DNA of 64,000 bases from Pecten maximus (taxonomy: Eukaryota). Position 1 is the first letter of the stretch; every line of letters starts with the position of its first letter. Shown here piece by piece: positions 1-14,700 of the stretch. The notes under the pieces were generated by a model. It searched no databases, was not told where the DNA came from, and was given only the letters and a program-made list of their open reading frames with translations. The stretch covers positions 24,986,001 through 25,050,000 of the forward strand of contig NC_047021.1 of NCBI RefSeq assembly GCF_902652985.1. The letters run 5' to 3'. A program made the position numbers and the translations under genes.

Positions 1-2905
1 TAATGGTAACATAGACAACATAGAGTATTACTGGTTAATATAATGGTAACATAGACAACATAGAGTATTACTGGTTAATATAATGGTAACACAGACAACA
101 TAGAGTACTACTGGTTAATATAATGGTAACACAGACAACTAGATATAGAGTTCTACTGGTTAATATAATGGTAACACAGACAACATAGAGTACTACTGGT
201 TAATATAATGGTAACACAGACAACATAGAGTACTACTGGTTAATATAATGGTAACACAGACAACATAGAGTACTACTGGTTAATATAATGGTAACACAGA
301 CAACTAGATATAGAGTACTACTGGTTAATATAATGGTAACACAGACAACATAGAGTACCACTGGTTAATATAATGGTAACACACACAACATAGAGTACTA
401 CTGGTTAATATAATGGTAACACACACAACATAGAGTACTACTGGTTAATATAATGGTAACACAGACAACATAGAGTACTACTGGTTAATATAATGGTAAC
501 ACACACAACATAGAGTACTACTGGTTAATATAATGGTAACACAGACAACATAGAGTACTACTGGTTAATATAATGGTAACACAGACAACATAGAGTACTA
601 CTGGTTAATATAATGGTAACACAGACAACTAGATCTAGAGTACTACTGGTTAATATAATGGTAACACAGACAACATAGAGTACCACTGGTTAATATAATG
701 GTAACACAGACAACATAGAGTATTACTGGTTAATATAATGGTAACATAGACAACATAGAGTATTACTGGTTAATATAATGGTTACATAGACAACATAGAG
801 TATTACTGGTTAATATAATGGTAACACAGACAACATAGAGTACTACTGGTTAATATAATGGTAACACAGACAACATAGAGTACTACTGGTTAATATAATG
901 GTAACACACACAACATAGAGTACTACTGGTTAATATAATGGTAACATAGACAACATAGAGTACTACTGGTTAATATAATGGTAACACAGACAACATAGAG
1001 TACTACTGGTTAATATAATGGTAACACAGACAACTAGATCTAGAGTACTACTGGTTAATATAATGGTAACACAGACAACATAGAGTACCACTGGTTAATA
1101 TAATGGTAACACAGACAACATAGAGTATTACTGGTTAATATAATGGTAACATAGACAACATAGAGTATTACTGGTTAATATAATGGTTACATAGACAACA
1201 TAGAGTATTACTGGTTAATATAATGGTAACACAGACAACATAGAGTACTACTGGTTAATATAATGGTAACACAGACAACATAGAGTACTACTGGTTAATA
1301 TAATGGTAACACACACAACATAGAGTACTACTGGTTAATATAATGGTAACATAGACAACATAGAGTACTACTGGTTAATATAATGGTAACACAGACAACA
1401 TAGAGTACTACTGGTTAATATAATGGTAACACAGACAACTAGATATAGAGTACTACTGGTTAATATAATGGTAACACTGACAACATAGAGTACTACTGGT
1501 TAATATAATGGTAACACACACAACATAGAGTACTACTGGTTAATATAATGGTAACACACACAACATAGAGTACTACTGGTTAATATAATGGTAACACACA
1601 CAACATAGAGTACTACTGGTTAATATAATGGTAACACAGACAACATAGAGTACTACTGGTTAATATAATGGTAACACACACAACATAGAGTACTACTGGT
1701 TAATATAATGGTAACACACACAACATAGAGTACTACTGGTTAATATAATGGTAACACACACAACATAGAGTACTACTGGTTAATATAATGGTAACACTGA
1801 CAACATAGAGTACTACTGGTTAATATAATGGTAACACAGACAACATAGAGTACTACTGGTTAATATAATGGTAACACAGACAACTAGATATAGAGTACAA
1901 CTGGTTAATATAATGGTAACACAGACAACATAGAGTACTACTGGTTAATATAATGGTAACACAGACAACTAGATATAGAGTACTACTGGTTAATATAATG
2001 GTAACACTGACAACATAGAGTACTACTGGTTAATATAATGGTAACACAGACAACTAGATATAGAGTACAACTGGTTAATATAATGGTAACACAGACAACA
2101 TAGAGTACTACTGGTTAATATAATGGTAACACACACAACATAGAGTACTACTGGTTAATATAATGGTAACACAGACAACATAGAGTACTACTGCTTAATA
2201 TAATGGTAACACAGACAACTAGATATAGAGTACTACTGGTTAATATAATGGTAACACAGACAACATAGAGTACTACTGGTTAATATAATGGTAACACTGA
2301 CAACATAGAGTACTACTGGTTAATATAATGGTAACACTGACAACTAGATATAGAGTACTACTGGTTAATATAATGGTAACACAGACAACAAAGAGTACTA
2401 CTGGTTAATGTAATGGTAACACACACAACATAGAGTACTACTGGTTAATATAATGGTAACACTGACAACATAGAGTACTACTGGTTAATATAATGGTAAC
2501 ACAGACAACATAGAGTACTACTGGTTAATATAATGGTAACACAGACAACTAGATATAGAGTACTACTGGTTAATATAATGGTAACACAGACAACTAGATA
2601 TAGAGTACTACTGGTTAATATAATGGTAACACACACAACTAGATATAGAGTACTACTGGTTAATATAATGGTAACACAGACAACATAGAGTACTACTGGT
2701 TAATATAATGGTAACACACACAACATAGAGTACTACTGGTTAATATAATGGTAACACACACAACATAGAGTACTACTGGTTAATATAATGGTAACACACA
2801 CAACATAGAGTACTACTGGTTAATATAATGATAACACACACAACATAGAGTACTACTGGTTAATATAATGGTAACACTGACAACTAGATATAGAGTATAC
2901 TAATG
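1..2905. repeat. 40-bp tandem satellite with interspersed 45-bp variants; continues off the window start
   Basis: About 70 near-identical copies of TAATGGTAACACAGACAACATAGAGTACTACTGGTTAATA; variant units read CAACTAGATATAGAG (+5 bp). No long ORF. Confidence 0.97.
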
Positions 2906-4058
2906 GTTATTAGTCTCCGTACGTTATATCATGGACGATAAGTTTGGTCTTAAGACATTATGGTATAACTTCCATGAAGACCAATTGATGTAAAGCAAAA
3001 CAAATATATATGTAAGTACAGTGTATAGAATTACGGGTTCGTTTGACAAGCTTTTCGACAAAAATTTCGCAAAAAAAAATGTTGTATTTCTGAGAAAGCT
3101 CAATTTAAAGCTTTATTTTGATTAATGGGGATTCTCATCAAATCATTCAAAAAAGAAAGAAAACACAAAAGGAACTTTTCTTTTAGATATTTATCTTAAA
3201 ATAGTTTTGAAAATGGTTGTCGATCTAGCCAGGATTGGAACAGCTTAGTGTACTAATTATCACGTATTTTGTCCGTATATTTGTATGTACATATAGGCAT
3301 CCACTCGTTATTAAGACAGGGATATAGAGATGACAATAAGGAATCAATTTCACAAATAAATCTGTTGATAGTTATTGAATCAATCTCTGTCCTGATGTAC
3401 TCGCTATTGTACCGTGTATCTCGTGGGACCTGCAATATGGTAATATCAATTAGCCGCGCGTGCTTACTATTATACTGTAGGTCAATAGAGACTAATTGAT
3501 ACTTTGTTAGAGGACGTCCTTCCATTAAATTACTGAGTATGTGTAATGTTACATATATCATCTATATGGGGCTTCTAATGACCGACACCTGATCACCTTA
3601 ATATACAAGTTATTGAGGAATAATGACACATTTTACTATTTATTTCTTTTTTTCATTGATTTCATGATAAGTTCTGACATATTTCTCATTACGCTAAATA
3701 AATCATATGCTGAAATGTTCTCATGAATAATGTTTCCAGGGAAATTATTCTCTATTTAGTTTTGCATGTTTAACGGATCTGACCGGCAACAAAGAAGATC
3801 GACAGAAAAGAAAAGTTTGTAAATGTTTAACGGTGAAATAACAGGTCATTAAAGCTAACTTTCATTCACATGTTATCTAAAAAATAAATCGTAAAAGTGA
3901 CGACTGACATTTCACTATTCGTGTATTAATATAAGTTGATAGACTTTGTTTCGCAATTGTTGTAGAAAAAAAATTGTTTACATTTGAACATTTTTTCGTT
4001 GGGAAAACATATTAATGAAATGTAAGTATGAACTCACCCCAACACGAACAATACATAC

Positions 4059-4165
4059 CTGTGAATGTTTGTAACGTCGTCCTTTTCATCGTTTGTGTCA
4101 TCTTCTGTTCTTATGTATCCAGGATGTATACAAAGAACAAAAAAGGAAATCCACACCACTTTCAT
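4059..4165 (-). CDS. Putative first coding exon of a secreted protein (signal peptide plus acidic stretch)
   Basis: Minus strand ATG at 4165 reads MKVVWISFFVLCIHPGYIRTEDDTNDEKDDVTNIH, then CAG|GTATGT donor (phase 2). A phase-compatible but weak acceptor (CTCAG, exon start 3532) would join ORF 3253..3532 to give 128 aa. Confidence 0.5.
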
Positions 4166-5019
4166 CACAACACAGCAGCACTCTTTACAAATCTCCCAAA
4201 ACACATTTGTTTTTGGCTCTTTAAAAGTACCATGACTTCACTTTCTCAAAAATATGGAAAAGGACATTGTTGATATAACCATCACGTTTAACTTCTGTGA
4301 CGAGTGTGAACGAAAATGTTATCTCAAATCTGGGAGCAGGTCATATACATGGGTCAGTGAATCTGGAAGGCAATTCAGATCTAGGTGATAACTGTATTTT
4401 GATTATGTTTCGTGATATTCGCGAAATCATTCAACCATAAAATGTCTGTACTCCCTACCAAATTACTGTGTAACGCGCATTGCACAAATTACATGGTATT
4501 AACACCATGCGGAAACTATCAAAATTACCTCAAATTGTTTAACTTGTAATCTTCTCACTCATATTCTTATCCCATAACTATAGTGTTAGATTTACGTCAT
4601 TTATATTTTCTATAATCTAACATTGTTAGTGTGAAGTTATGATTTTTGTGGAAATAATTTGTTTTAAAGCCAGTGCGATTGCTTCAGTATTGCTGTAAAA
4701 GTAACATTGTACACTAAACGGAAAACAGCTAAACTTAAAAACAGTGGCTATTTTGAAATCAATGATAACCGTGTCGGTATAATTTGTGTACATTACGAAG
4801 CCACGTGTAGTATTTATATGATGTTAGGTAATGACGGCCCCTACTGAACAACACACTCTATCGAGTATATTTCTTAAGGCGAATCAAGAGATAGTAAGTG
4901 CTGATAATGACTGCCTCCTAAGGCAAAATCATATTCTCTACTGTCGTTTGATAGCGTATTGTCATAGTGTATGTATCCTAATAACGAGGTAGTAAACGTC
5001 TATAGACTGTTGACAATAC

Positions 5020-6990
5020 TAGAAGTTAGCCAACATCAACAGGTGTTAGTTATAGAAGTTAGTCAACATATACAGGGGACAAGAATAGTAGGAAGTCAAC
5101 ATAAACAGGTGACAAGAATAGTAGGTAGTCGACAAATGTAGGTGTAAGCTATCAAAGGTCGTCGGCAAATGTAGGTGTAAGCTATCAAGGGTAGTCGGCA
5201 AATGTAGGTGTAAGCTATCAAAGGTAGTCGACACACACAGGTGTAAGCTATCAAAGGTAGTCGACACACACAGGTGTAAGTTATAGAAGGTAGTCGACAC
5301 ACACACGTGTAAGTTATAGAAGGTAGTCGGTACACACAGGTGTTAGTTATAGAAGGTAGTCGACACACACAGGTGTTAGTTATAGAAGGTAGTCGACACA
5401 CACAGGTGTTAGTTATAGAAGGTAGTCGACACACACAGGTGTAAGTTATAGAAGGTAGTCGACACTCACAGGTGTAAGTTATAGAAGGTAGTCGACACAC
5501 ACAGGTGTAAGCTATAGAAGGTAGTCGACACACACAGGTGTAAGCTATAGAAGGTAGTCGACGTACACAGGTGTAAGTTATAGAAGGTAGTCGACACACA
5601 CACGTGTAAGTTATAGAAGGTAGTCGGTACACAGAGGTGTTAGTTATAGAAGGTAGTCGACACACACAGGTGTTAGTTATAGAAGGTAGTCGACACACGC
5701 AGGTGTAAGTTATAGAAGGTAGTCGACACACACAGGTATAAGTTATAGAAGGTAGTCGACACACACAGGTGTAAGTTATAGAAGGTAGTCGATACACACA
5801 GGTGTAAGTTATAGAAGGTAGTCGACACACACAGGTGTAAGTTATAGAAGGTAGTCGACACACACAGGTATAAGTTATAGAAGGTAGTCGACACACACAG
5901 GTGTAAGTTATAGAAGGTAGTCGACACACACAGGTGTAAGTTATAGAAGGTAGTCGACACACACAGGTGTAAGTTATAGAAGGTAGTCGACACACACAGG
6001 TGTAAGTTATAGAAGGTAGTCGACACACACAGGTATAAGTTATAGAAGGTAGTCGACACACACAGGTGTAAGTTATAGAAGGTAGTCGACACACACAGGT
6101 GTAAGTTATAGAAGGTAGTCGACACACACAGGTGTAAGTTATAGAAGGTAGTCGATACACACAGTGTAAGTTATAGAAGGTAGTCGACACACACAGGTGT
6201 AAGTTATAGAAGGTAGTCGACACACACAGGTGTAAGTTATAGAAGGTAGTCGATACATACAGGTGTTAGTTATAGAAGGTAGTCGACACACACAGTTGTA
6301 AGTTATAGAAGGTAGTCGACACACACATATGTAAGTTATAGAAGGTAGTCGACACACACAGTTATAAGTTATAGAAGGTAGTCAACACACAGTTGTAAGT
6401 TATAGAAGGTAGTCAACACACAGGTGTAAGTTATAGAAGGTAGTCGACACACACAGGTGTAAGTTATAGAAGGTAGTCGACACACACAGATGTAAGTTAT
6501 AGAAGGTAGTCAACACACAGGTGTAAGTTATAGAAGGTAGTCGACACATACAGGTATAAGTTATAGAAGGTAGTCAACACACAGGTATAAGTTATAGAAG
6601 GTAGTCGATACACACAGATGTAAGTTATAGAAGGTAGTCAACACACAGGTATAAGTTATAGAAGGTAGTCGATACACATAGATTTAAGTTATAGAAGGTA
6701 GTCGACACACACAGGTATAAGTTATAGAAGGTAGTCGATACACACACGGGTATAAGTTATAGAAGGTAGTCGATACACACACGGGTATAAGTTATAGAAG
6801 GTAGTCGACACACACGGGTGTAAGTTATAGAAGGTATTCGATACACACAGGTGTAAGTTATATAAGGTAGTCGACACACAGGTGTTAGTATACATGGTAG
6901 TCGATACACACAGGTGTAAGTTATAGAAGGTAGTCCACACACGTGTGTAAGTTATTGAATGCAGTCGACGCACATAGGTGTAAGCTTTCT
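5020..6990. repeat. 33-bp tandem minisatellite, about 59 copies
   Basis: Unit GGTGTAAGTTATAGAAGGTAGTCGACACACACA; homogeneous centre, degenerate edges. Explains the CVCRLPSITYT and CVSTTFYNLHL repeat ORFs. Confidence 0.97.
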
Positions 6991-8789
6991 ATAGGTAATT
7001 AATTAGTTAGAAACGTGACCTGACCCCGTTTTTCAAATATGCTTCGCTGCATGCGTTTTTTTTTTTTTTTTTTTTTTGATAAAAGTGTTTAATATTCAAT
7101 TATTTACACTCTTTCTTAATGTACAATTGCACTATTGTAGAAGTTCGCGTTAGTGCATAGCTAAACACCACTAGGAAAGGAAGGGCATTATCACGTATGT
7201 TGGAACCAGCACCCTTAGGCCCAGATTGTATCTCAGTCGTTCGCATTTATTAAAATGCAGATAGATACAGAAAACCATTAAGCCTTTCGGCAATTTCAAC
7301 TTCTAAATGACTTTTGTCATATTCCAAACTACCAATCAGATCGGCTGTTATATCTGTCAGACACCAATTGTATCACGTCATGCAAACAGGCCCTCGCTCC
7401 CGGCAGTATTTGTCTGAAGATATTGTCGGTATTAACCAAATCATCAGCTCGATGTTTCCTTTTGTACGTATTGACTTTAAAATATGTGTTTGACCGAAAT
7501 GTCATTTGGGGTTTTACAAAATTCTGAATTCACTGTATCAAACCTTTTTCTTTGAAACACATACATATTCAATATCAAAAATGGAATCTTTAGAACATGA
7601 CCTCACTGAAATTGAAATTATTAATTTAAATAATTGTTTTTATATCCGAACCTGTCCTACCGTGCTATGTTTAACAATGTGACACGGTTCATTTATGCGA
7701 AAACCTCCAAATAAGGACAACCTGGGCATATCATGGCTACGTTCCCCTGCTTCTATGAAGGGCTTTATAGACAGAGTTTTCTGTTACTAAAGCGACAAGT
7801 TTATATTTTTGCACAAACGAAAAGCGACCACTACCGCGCAAGTTACATTGTGTAATTATAATTAACGGTTTGGAAGGTCTGTATATTGTGAAACATATGT
7901 AAACCAATATTAGTGAAATAAACACGCTTCATTAATCTTTGTTTAGAGAATCAATAAAATATCAATATTTAATTAGTTTATCTCTATCGTCCTTATAGGT
8001 ATATCGACAATATTGGATATTAATTGACAATTTAATATTCAGAAAATAAACAATATAATATCTATGTAGCAAACGAGCGTTTCTTTACAGGTAATATCCC
8101 CTAATTAATCGGCAATTCATACCTTATGTACCATCGTTTGAAATAAATAATTAAATGCAGAGACAATATTAATTCTCTCAGTACTGAAAAATCTAAAATG
8201 GTCCTGCTAATTCCGTCAATGCATATACAATTAATTACAGTTTATGGGGGTTCACTTTATCATTTAATTTTCTTTCAAATACTCTTGGGTCGTATGTCTA
8301 AGTATTCATATGATGTGTTACATAGATGAGGGTCTGTAAATTGTGTTAAACAGAATGTATGTTAAATTAACGTACTATTGAAACCACAAAATCATTTACA
8401 GTTTCGGTTGGTTTACTTTTCTAATATTATTGTCTGAGTTAAAGGAATTTCGGTAGGGAGCGATGTGTCCTGTATAATACATATAATTTACCTATGCCTT
8501 AAACACGTCTAATTCCGTCAAAAGATAATTAAGCAGTTCATTAAATTTACAAAAAATTAAAAATCGGGCTCGGAAATTCCTCTCGCGTAAAACATTACTT
8601 GTCCACGTGATTATCGAGACTTTCAAATACATGCACACTGACGTCATTAATTGATAGGTATCTGATTTGTTTCGTCTATTTAATCCAAATCAATGATGTT
8701 TCGCCAAACTTGTCAATCAGTTTTCAGTTTAGCGAACAAAGGCAGTAAGCAGAACTCTAAGGTAGAGCACATAAAGCGCAACACGTTTT

Positions 8790-11700
8790 CAAACAATGAG
8801 GGGTTTGACCTTCGAACAATGAGGGGTTTGTTCTTCGCGCAATAAGGTATTTGACCTTCGAACAATGAGAGATTTCTCCTTCACACAGTGAGGGGTTCGT
8901 CCTTCACACAATGAGGGTTTCTCCTTTCCACAATGATTGTTTCTCCTTCACACAATGAGGGTTTCTCCTTCACACAATGAGGGTTTCTCCTTTCCACAAT
9001 GATTGTTTCTCCTTCACACAATGATGGTTTCTCCTTCACACAGTGAGGGGTTCGTCCTTCACACAATGAGGGTTTCTCCTTTCCACAATGATTGTTTCTC
9101 CTTCACACAATGAGGGTTTCTCCTTCACACAATGAGGGTTTCTCCTTTCCACAATGATTGTTTCTCCTTCACACAATGATGGTTTCTCCTTCACACAGTG
9201 AGGGGTTCGTCCTTCACACAATGAGGGTTTCTCCTTTCCACAATGATTGTTTCTCCTTCACACAATGAGGGTTTCTCCTTCACACAATGAGGGTTTCTCC
9301 TTTCCACAATGATTGTTTCTCCTTCACACAATGATGGTTTCTCCTTCACACAGTGCGGGGTTCCTCCTTCACACAATGAGGGTTTCTCCTTCTCACAATG
9401 ATTGTTTCTTCTTCACACAATGAGGGTTTCTCCTTCACACAATGATTGTTTCTCCTTCATACAATGAAAGGTTCTTCCTTCACACCATTGGATGTTTCTC
9501 CTTCATACAATGACGGGTTTCTCCTGCCCAAAATGATGGTTTCTGTTTCACACAATGAGGGATTTCTCTTTCACACAATGACGGGTTTCTCCTTCACACA
9601 ATGACGGGTTTCTCCTTCACACAATGACGGGTTCCTCCTTCACACAATGACGGGTTTCTCCTGCCCAAAATGATGGTTTCTCCTTCACACAATGAGGGAT
9701 TTCTCTTTCACACAATGACGGGTTCCTCCTTCATACAATGAGGGTTTCTCCTACACAAAATGACGGGTTCTCCTTCACTATAATGTCGGGTTCTGCCTTC
9801 ATACAATGAGGGTTTCTCCTTCACACAATGATGGTTTCACCTTCACACAATGATGGTTTCTCCTTCACACAATGATGGTTTCTCCTTCACACAATGATGG
9901 TTTCTCCTTCACACAATGATGGTTTCTCCTTCACACAATGATGGTTTCTCATTCAGGCAATGAGAGGTTTCTCCTTCACACAATGAGAGGTTTCTCCTTC
10001 ACACAATGATGGTTTCTCCTATACACAATGACGGGTTCCTCCTTCACACAATCAGGGTTTCTCTTTCATACAATGGCGGGTTTCTCCTTCACATAATGAG
10101 GGTTTCTCCTTCACACAATGAGGGGTTTCTCTTTCTAACAATGATGGTTTCTCCTATACACAATGACGGGTTTCTCCTTCACACAATCAGGGTTTCTCTT
10201 TCATACAATGGAGGGTTTCTCCTTCACATAATGAGGGTTTCTCCTTCACACAATGAGGGGTTTCTCCTTCACACAATGACGGGTTTCTTCTTCACAAAAT
10301 AAGGGTTTCTTCTTCACACAATGAGGATTTCTCCTTACATGAGGGTTTCTCCTTCACACAAGAGGGTTTCTCCTTCACAAATGACGGGTTTTTTTCCAAA
10401 ATAGGGTTTTTCTCAACAATGAGGTTTCTCCTTCCACAAAATGAGGTTTTCTCCCCCAAAACAATGGGGTTTCTCCTTCCACAAAATGACGGGTTTTTCC
10501 CTTAAATGGGGTTTCCTTCAACAATGAGGTTCTCCTTCCAAATGAGGGTTTCTCCTTCACACAATGACGGGTTTCTCCTTCACGCAATGCGTGTTTTCTC
10601 CTTCACACAATGAGGGTTTCTCCTTCACACAATGATGGTTTCTCCTTCACACAATGAGGGATTTCTCCTTCATACAATGAAGGGTTTCTTCTTCCAATAA
10701 TGATGGTTTCTCCTTCAACAAAGGGTTCTCCTTACAAATAGGGGTTTTTTCTTCACCAAATGAGGGGTTTACTTCACCCCAATGATGGTTTTTCTTCACA
10801 CAATGAGGGTTTCCCTTCACACAATGACGGGTTTCTCCTTCACACAATGACGTTTTTCTCTTCACAAATGAGGTTTTTCCTTCACACAATGAGGTTTCTC
10901 TCAACAATGAGGTTTCTCCTTCAACAATGAGGGTTCTCTTCAACAATGGGGTTTCTCCTTCCAACATGAGGGTTTTCCTTTCACACAATGACGGGGTTTC
11001 TCTCTCACACAATGACGGGTTTCTCCTTCACAAAATGACGGGTTTCTCTTCAACAATGACGGTTTCCCCTTTTCACAAAATGAGGTTTCTCTTCAACAAT
11101 GGGGTTTCTCCTCCACAAAATGACGGGTTTTCCTTTCATAAATGACGGGTTTCCCCTTCAACAATGACGGGTTTCTCCTTACACAATGACGGTTTTCTTC
11201 CACAATGATGGTTTTCCTTCCACAATGAGGGTTTTCTCCTTCACAAGGGACGGGTTTCTCTTCACCAAATGAGGGGTTTCTCCTTCACACAATGAGGTTT
11301 CCCCTTCAAACAATGGGAGGGTTTCTCTTTCACACAATGAAGGATTTCTCCTTCATACAATGAAGGGTTCTTCCTTCACACAATTGGGGGTTTCTCCTTC
11401 ACACAATGAGGGGTTTCTCCTTCACACAATGAGGGGTTTCTCCTTCACACAATGAGGGATTTCTCCTTCACACAATGACGGGTTTCTCCTTCATACAATG
11501 ACGGTTTCTCATTCACAAATGATGGTTTCTCCTTCACACAATGATGGTTTCTCCTTCACTATAATGACGGGTTTCTCCTTCATACAATGAGGGTTTCTCC
11601 TTCACAAAATGACGGGTTTCTCCTTCACTATAATGACGGGTTTCTCCTTCATACAATGAGGGTTTCTCCTTCACACAATGATGGTTTCTCCTTCACACAA

Positions 11701-14700
11701 TGATGGTTTCTCCTTCACACAATGATGGTTTCTCCTTCACACAATGATGGTTTCTCCTTCACACAATGATGGTTTCTCATTCATACAATGAGGGGTTTCT
11801 CCTTCACACAATGAGAGGTTTCTCCTTCACACAATGAGGTTCTCTTATACACATGAGGGTTTTCTCCTTCACACAATGAGGGTTTCTCCTTCCTTTTCCC
11901 ATCAAATGGGGGTTTTCTCCTTCACAATGAGGGTTTTCCTTCACAAAATGAGGTTCTTCTTCATACAATGACGGGTTCTCCTTACACAATGAGGGTTTCC
12001 CTTCAACATGGGTTTCTCCTTCAACAATGGAGGGTTTCTCCTTCACATAAGGAGGGTTCTCTTTCTACAATGAGGTTTCTCCTTCACACAATGACGGTTT
12101 CTCCTTCACACAAATAAGGGTTTCCCCTTCAACAAGGGAGGGTTCTCCTTCCCCAAATGAGGTTTCTCTTCACACAATGAGGTTCTCCTCACAAATGACG
12201 GGTTTCTCCTTCAAAACAATTTGTTTAAGGGTTTCTTCTTCCCAAATGATGGTTTCTCTCTCACACAATGACGGGTTTCTCCTTCACACAAGAGGGTTTC
12301 TTCTTTCCAAAATGAGGGTTTCTCCTTCACACAATGACGGGTTTCTCCTTTATACAATGAGGGGTTTCTTCTTCACACAATGAGGGTTTCTCTTTCACAC
12401 AATGAGGGATTTCTCCTTCATACAATGAAGGGTTCCTCCTTCACACAATTGGGGTTTCTCCTTCATACAATGAGGGGTTTCTCCTTCACACAATTAGGGG
12501 TTCCTTCTTCACACAATGAGGGATTTCTCCTTCACACAATGAGGGATTTCTCCTTCATACAATGAAGGGTTTCTCCTTCACAATAATGATGGTTTCTCCT
12601 TCACACAATGATGGTTTCTCCTTCACACAATGACGGGTTTCTCCTTCATACAATGAGGGTTTCTCCTTCACAAAATGACGGGTTTCTCCTTCACTATAAT
12701 GACGGGTTTCTCCTTCATACAATGAGGGTTTCTCCTTCACACAATGATGGTTTCTCCTTCACACAATGATGGTTTCTCCTTCACACAATGATGGTTTCTC
12801 CTTCACACAATGATGGTTTCTCCTTCACACAATGATGGTTTCTCCTTCACACAATGATGGTTTCTCATTCAGGCAATGAGAGGTTTCTCCTTCACACAAT
12901 GAGAGGTTTCTCCTTCACACAATGATGGTTTCTCCTATACACAATGACGGGTTTCTCCTTCACACAATCAGGGTTTCTCTTTCATACAATGGCGGGTTTC
13001 TCCTTCACATAATGAGGGTTTCTCCTTCACACAATGAGGGGTTTCTCTTTCTAACAATGATGGTTTCTCCTATACACAATGACGGGTTTCTCCTTCACAC
13101 AATCAGGGTTTCTCTTTCATACAATGGAGGGTTTCTCCTTCACATAATGAGGGTTTCTCTTTCACACAATGAGGGGTTTCTCCTTCGCACAATGACGGGT
13201 TTCTTCTTCACAAAATAAGGGTTTCTTCTTCATACAATGAGTGGTTCCTCCTTCCCACAATGAGGGTTTCTCCTTCACACAATTGGGGTTTCTCCTTCAT
13301 ACAATGAGGGTTTCTCCTTCACACAATTAGGGGTTCCTTCTTCACACAATGAGGGATTTCTCCTTCACACAATGACGGTTTCTCCTTCATACAATGACGG
13401 TTTCTCATTCACAAATGATGGTTTCTCCTTCACACAATGATGGTTTCTCCTTCAAACAATGACGGGTTTCTCCTTCATACAATGAGGGTTTCTCCTACAC
13501 AAAATGACGGGTTTCTCCTTCACTATAATGTCGGGTTCTGCCTTCATACAATGAGGGTTTCTCCTTCACACAATGATGGTTTCACCTTCACACAATGATG
13601 GTTTCTCCTTCACACAATGATGGTTTCTCCTTCACACAATGATGGTTTCTCCTTCACACAATGATGGTTTCTCATTCAGGCAATGAGAGGTTTCTCCTTC
13701 ACACAATGAGAGGTTTCTCCTTCACACAATGAGAGGTTTCTCCTTCACACAATGATGGTTTCTCCTATACACAATGACGGGTTTCTCCTTCACACAATCA
13801 GGGTTTCTCTTTCATACAATGGCGGGTTTCTCCTTCACATAATGAGGGTTTCTCCTTCACACAATGAGGGGTTTCTCTTTCTAACAATGATGGTTTCTCC
13901 TATACACAATGACGGGTTTCTCCTTCACACAATCAGGGTTTCTCTTTCATACAATGAAGGGTTTCTCCTTCACATAATGAGGGTTTCTCTTTCACACAAT
14001 GAGGGGTTTCTCCTTCACACAATGACGGGTTTCTTCTTCACAAAATAAGGGTTTCTTCTTCATACAATGAGTGGTTCCTCCTTCCCACAATGAGGGTTTC
14101 TCCTTCACACAATGACGGGTTTCTCCTTCACACAATGACGGGTTTCTTCTTCACAAAATGAGTGGTTTTTCCTTCACACAATGACGGGTTTCTTCTTCAC
14201 AAAATGAGGGTTTCTTCTTCATACAATGGCGGGTTTCTCCTTCACACAATGACGGGTTTCTCCTTTATACAATGAGGGGTTTCTTCTTCACACAATGAGG
14301 GTTTCTCTTTCACACAATGAGGGATTTCTCCTTCATACAATGAAGGGTTCCTCCTTCACACAATTGGGGTTTCTCCTTCATACAATGAGGGGTTTCTCCT
14401 TCACACAATTAGGGGTTCCTTCTTCACACAATGAGGGATTTCTCCTTCACACAATGACGGTTTCTCCTTCATACAATGACGGTTTCTCATTCACAAATGA
14501 TGGTTTCTCCTTCACACAATGATGGTTTCTCCTTCACACAATGACGGGTTTCTCCTTCATACAATGAGGGTTTCTCCTACACAAAATGACGGGTTTCTCC
14601 TTCACTATAATGTCGGGTTCTGCCTTCATACAATGAGGGTTTCTCCTTCACACAATGATGGTTTCACCTTCACACAATGATGGTTTCTCCTTCACACAAT

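Noticed and set aside
5046-6973. 375-aa Cys-rich ORF and overlapping ORFs
   Set aside because: Translations of a 33-bp minisatellite that is stop-free in some frames; no signal peptide, splice context or unique sequence.
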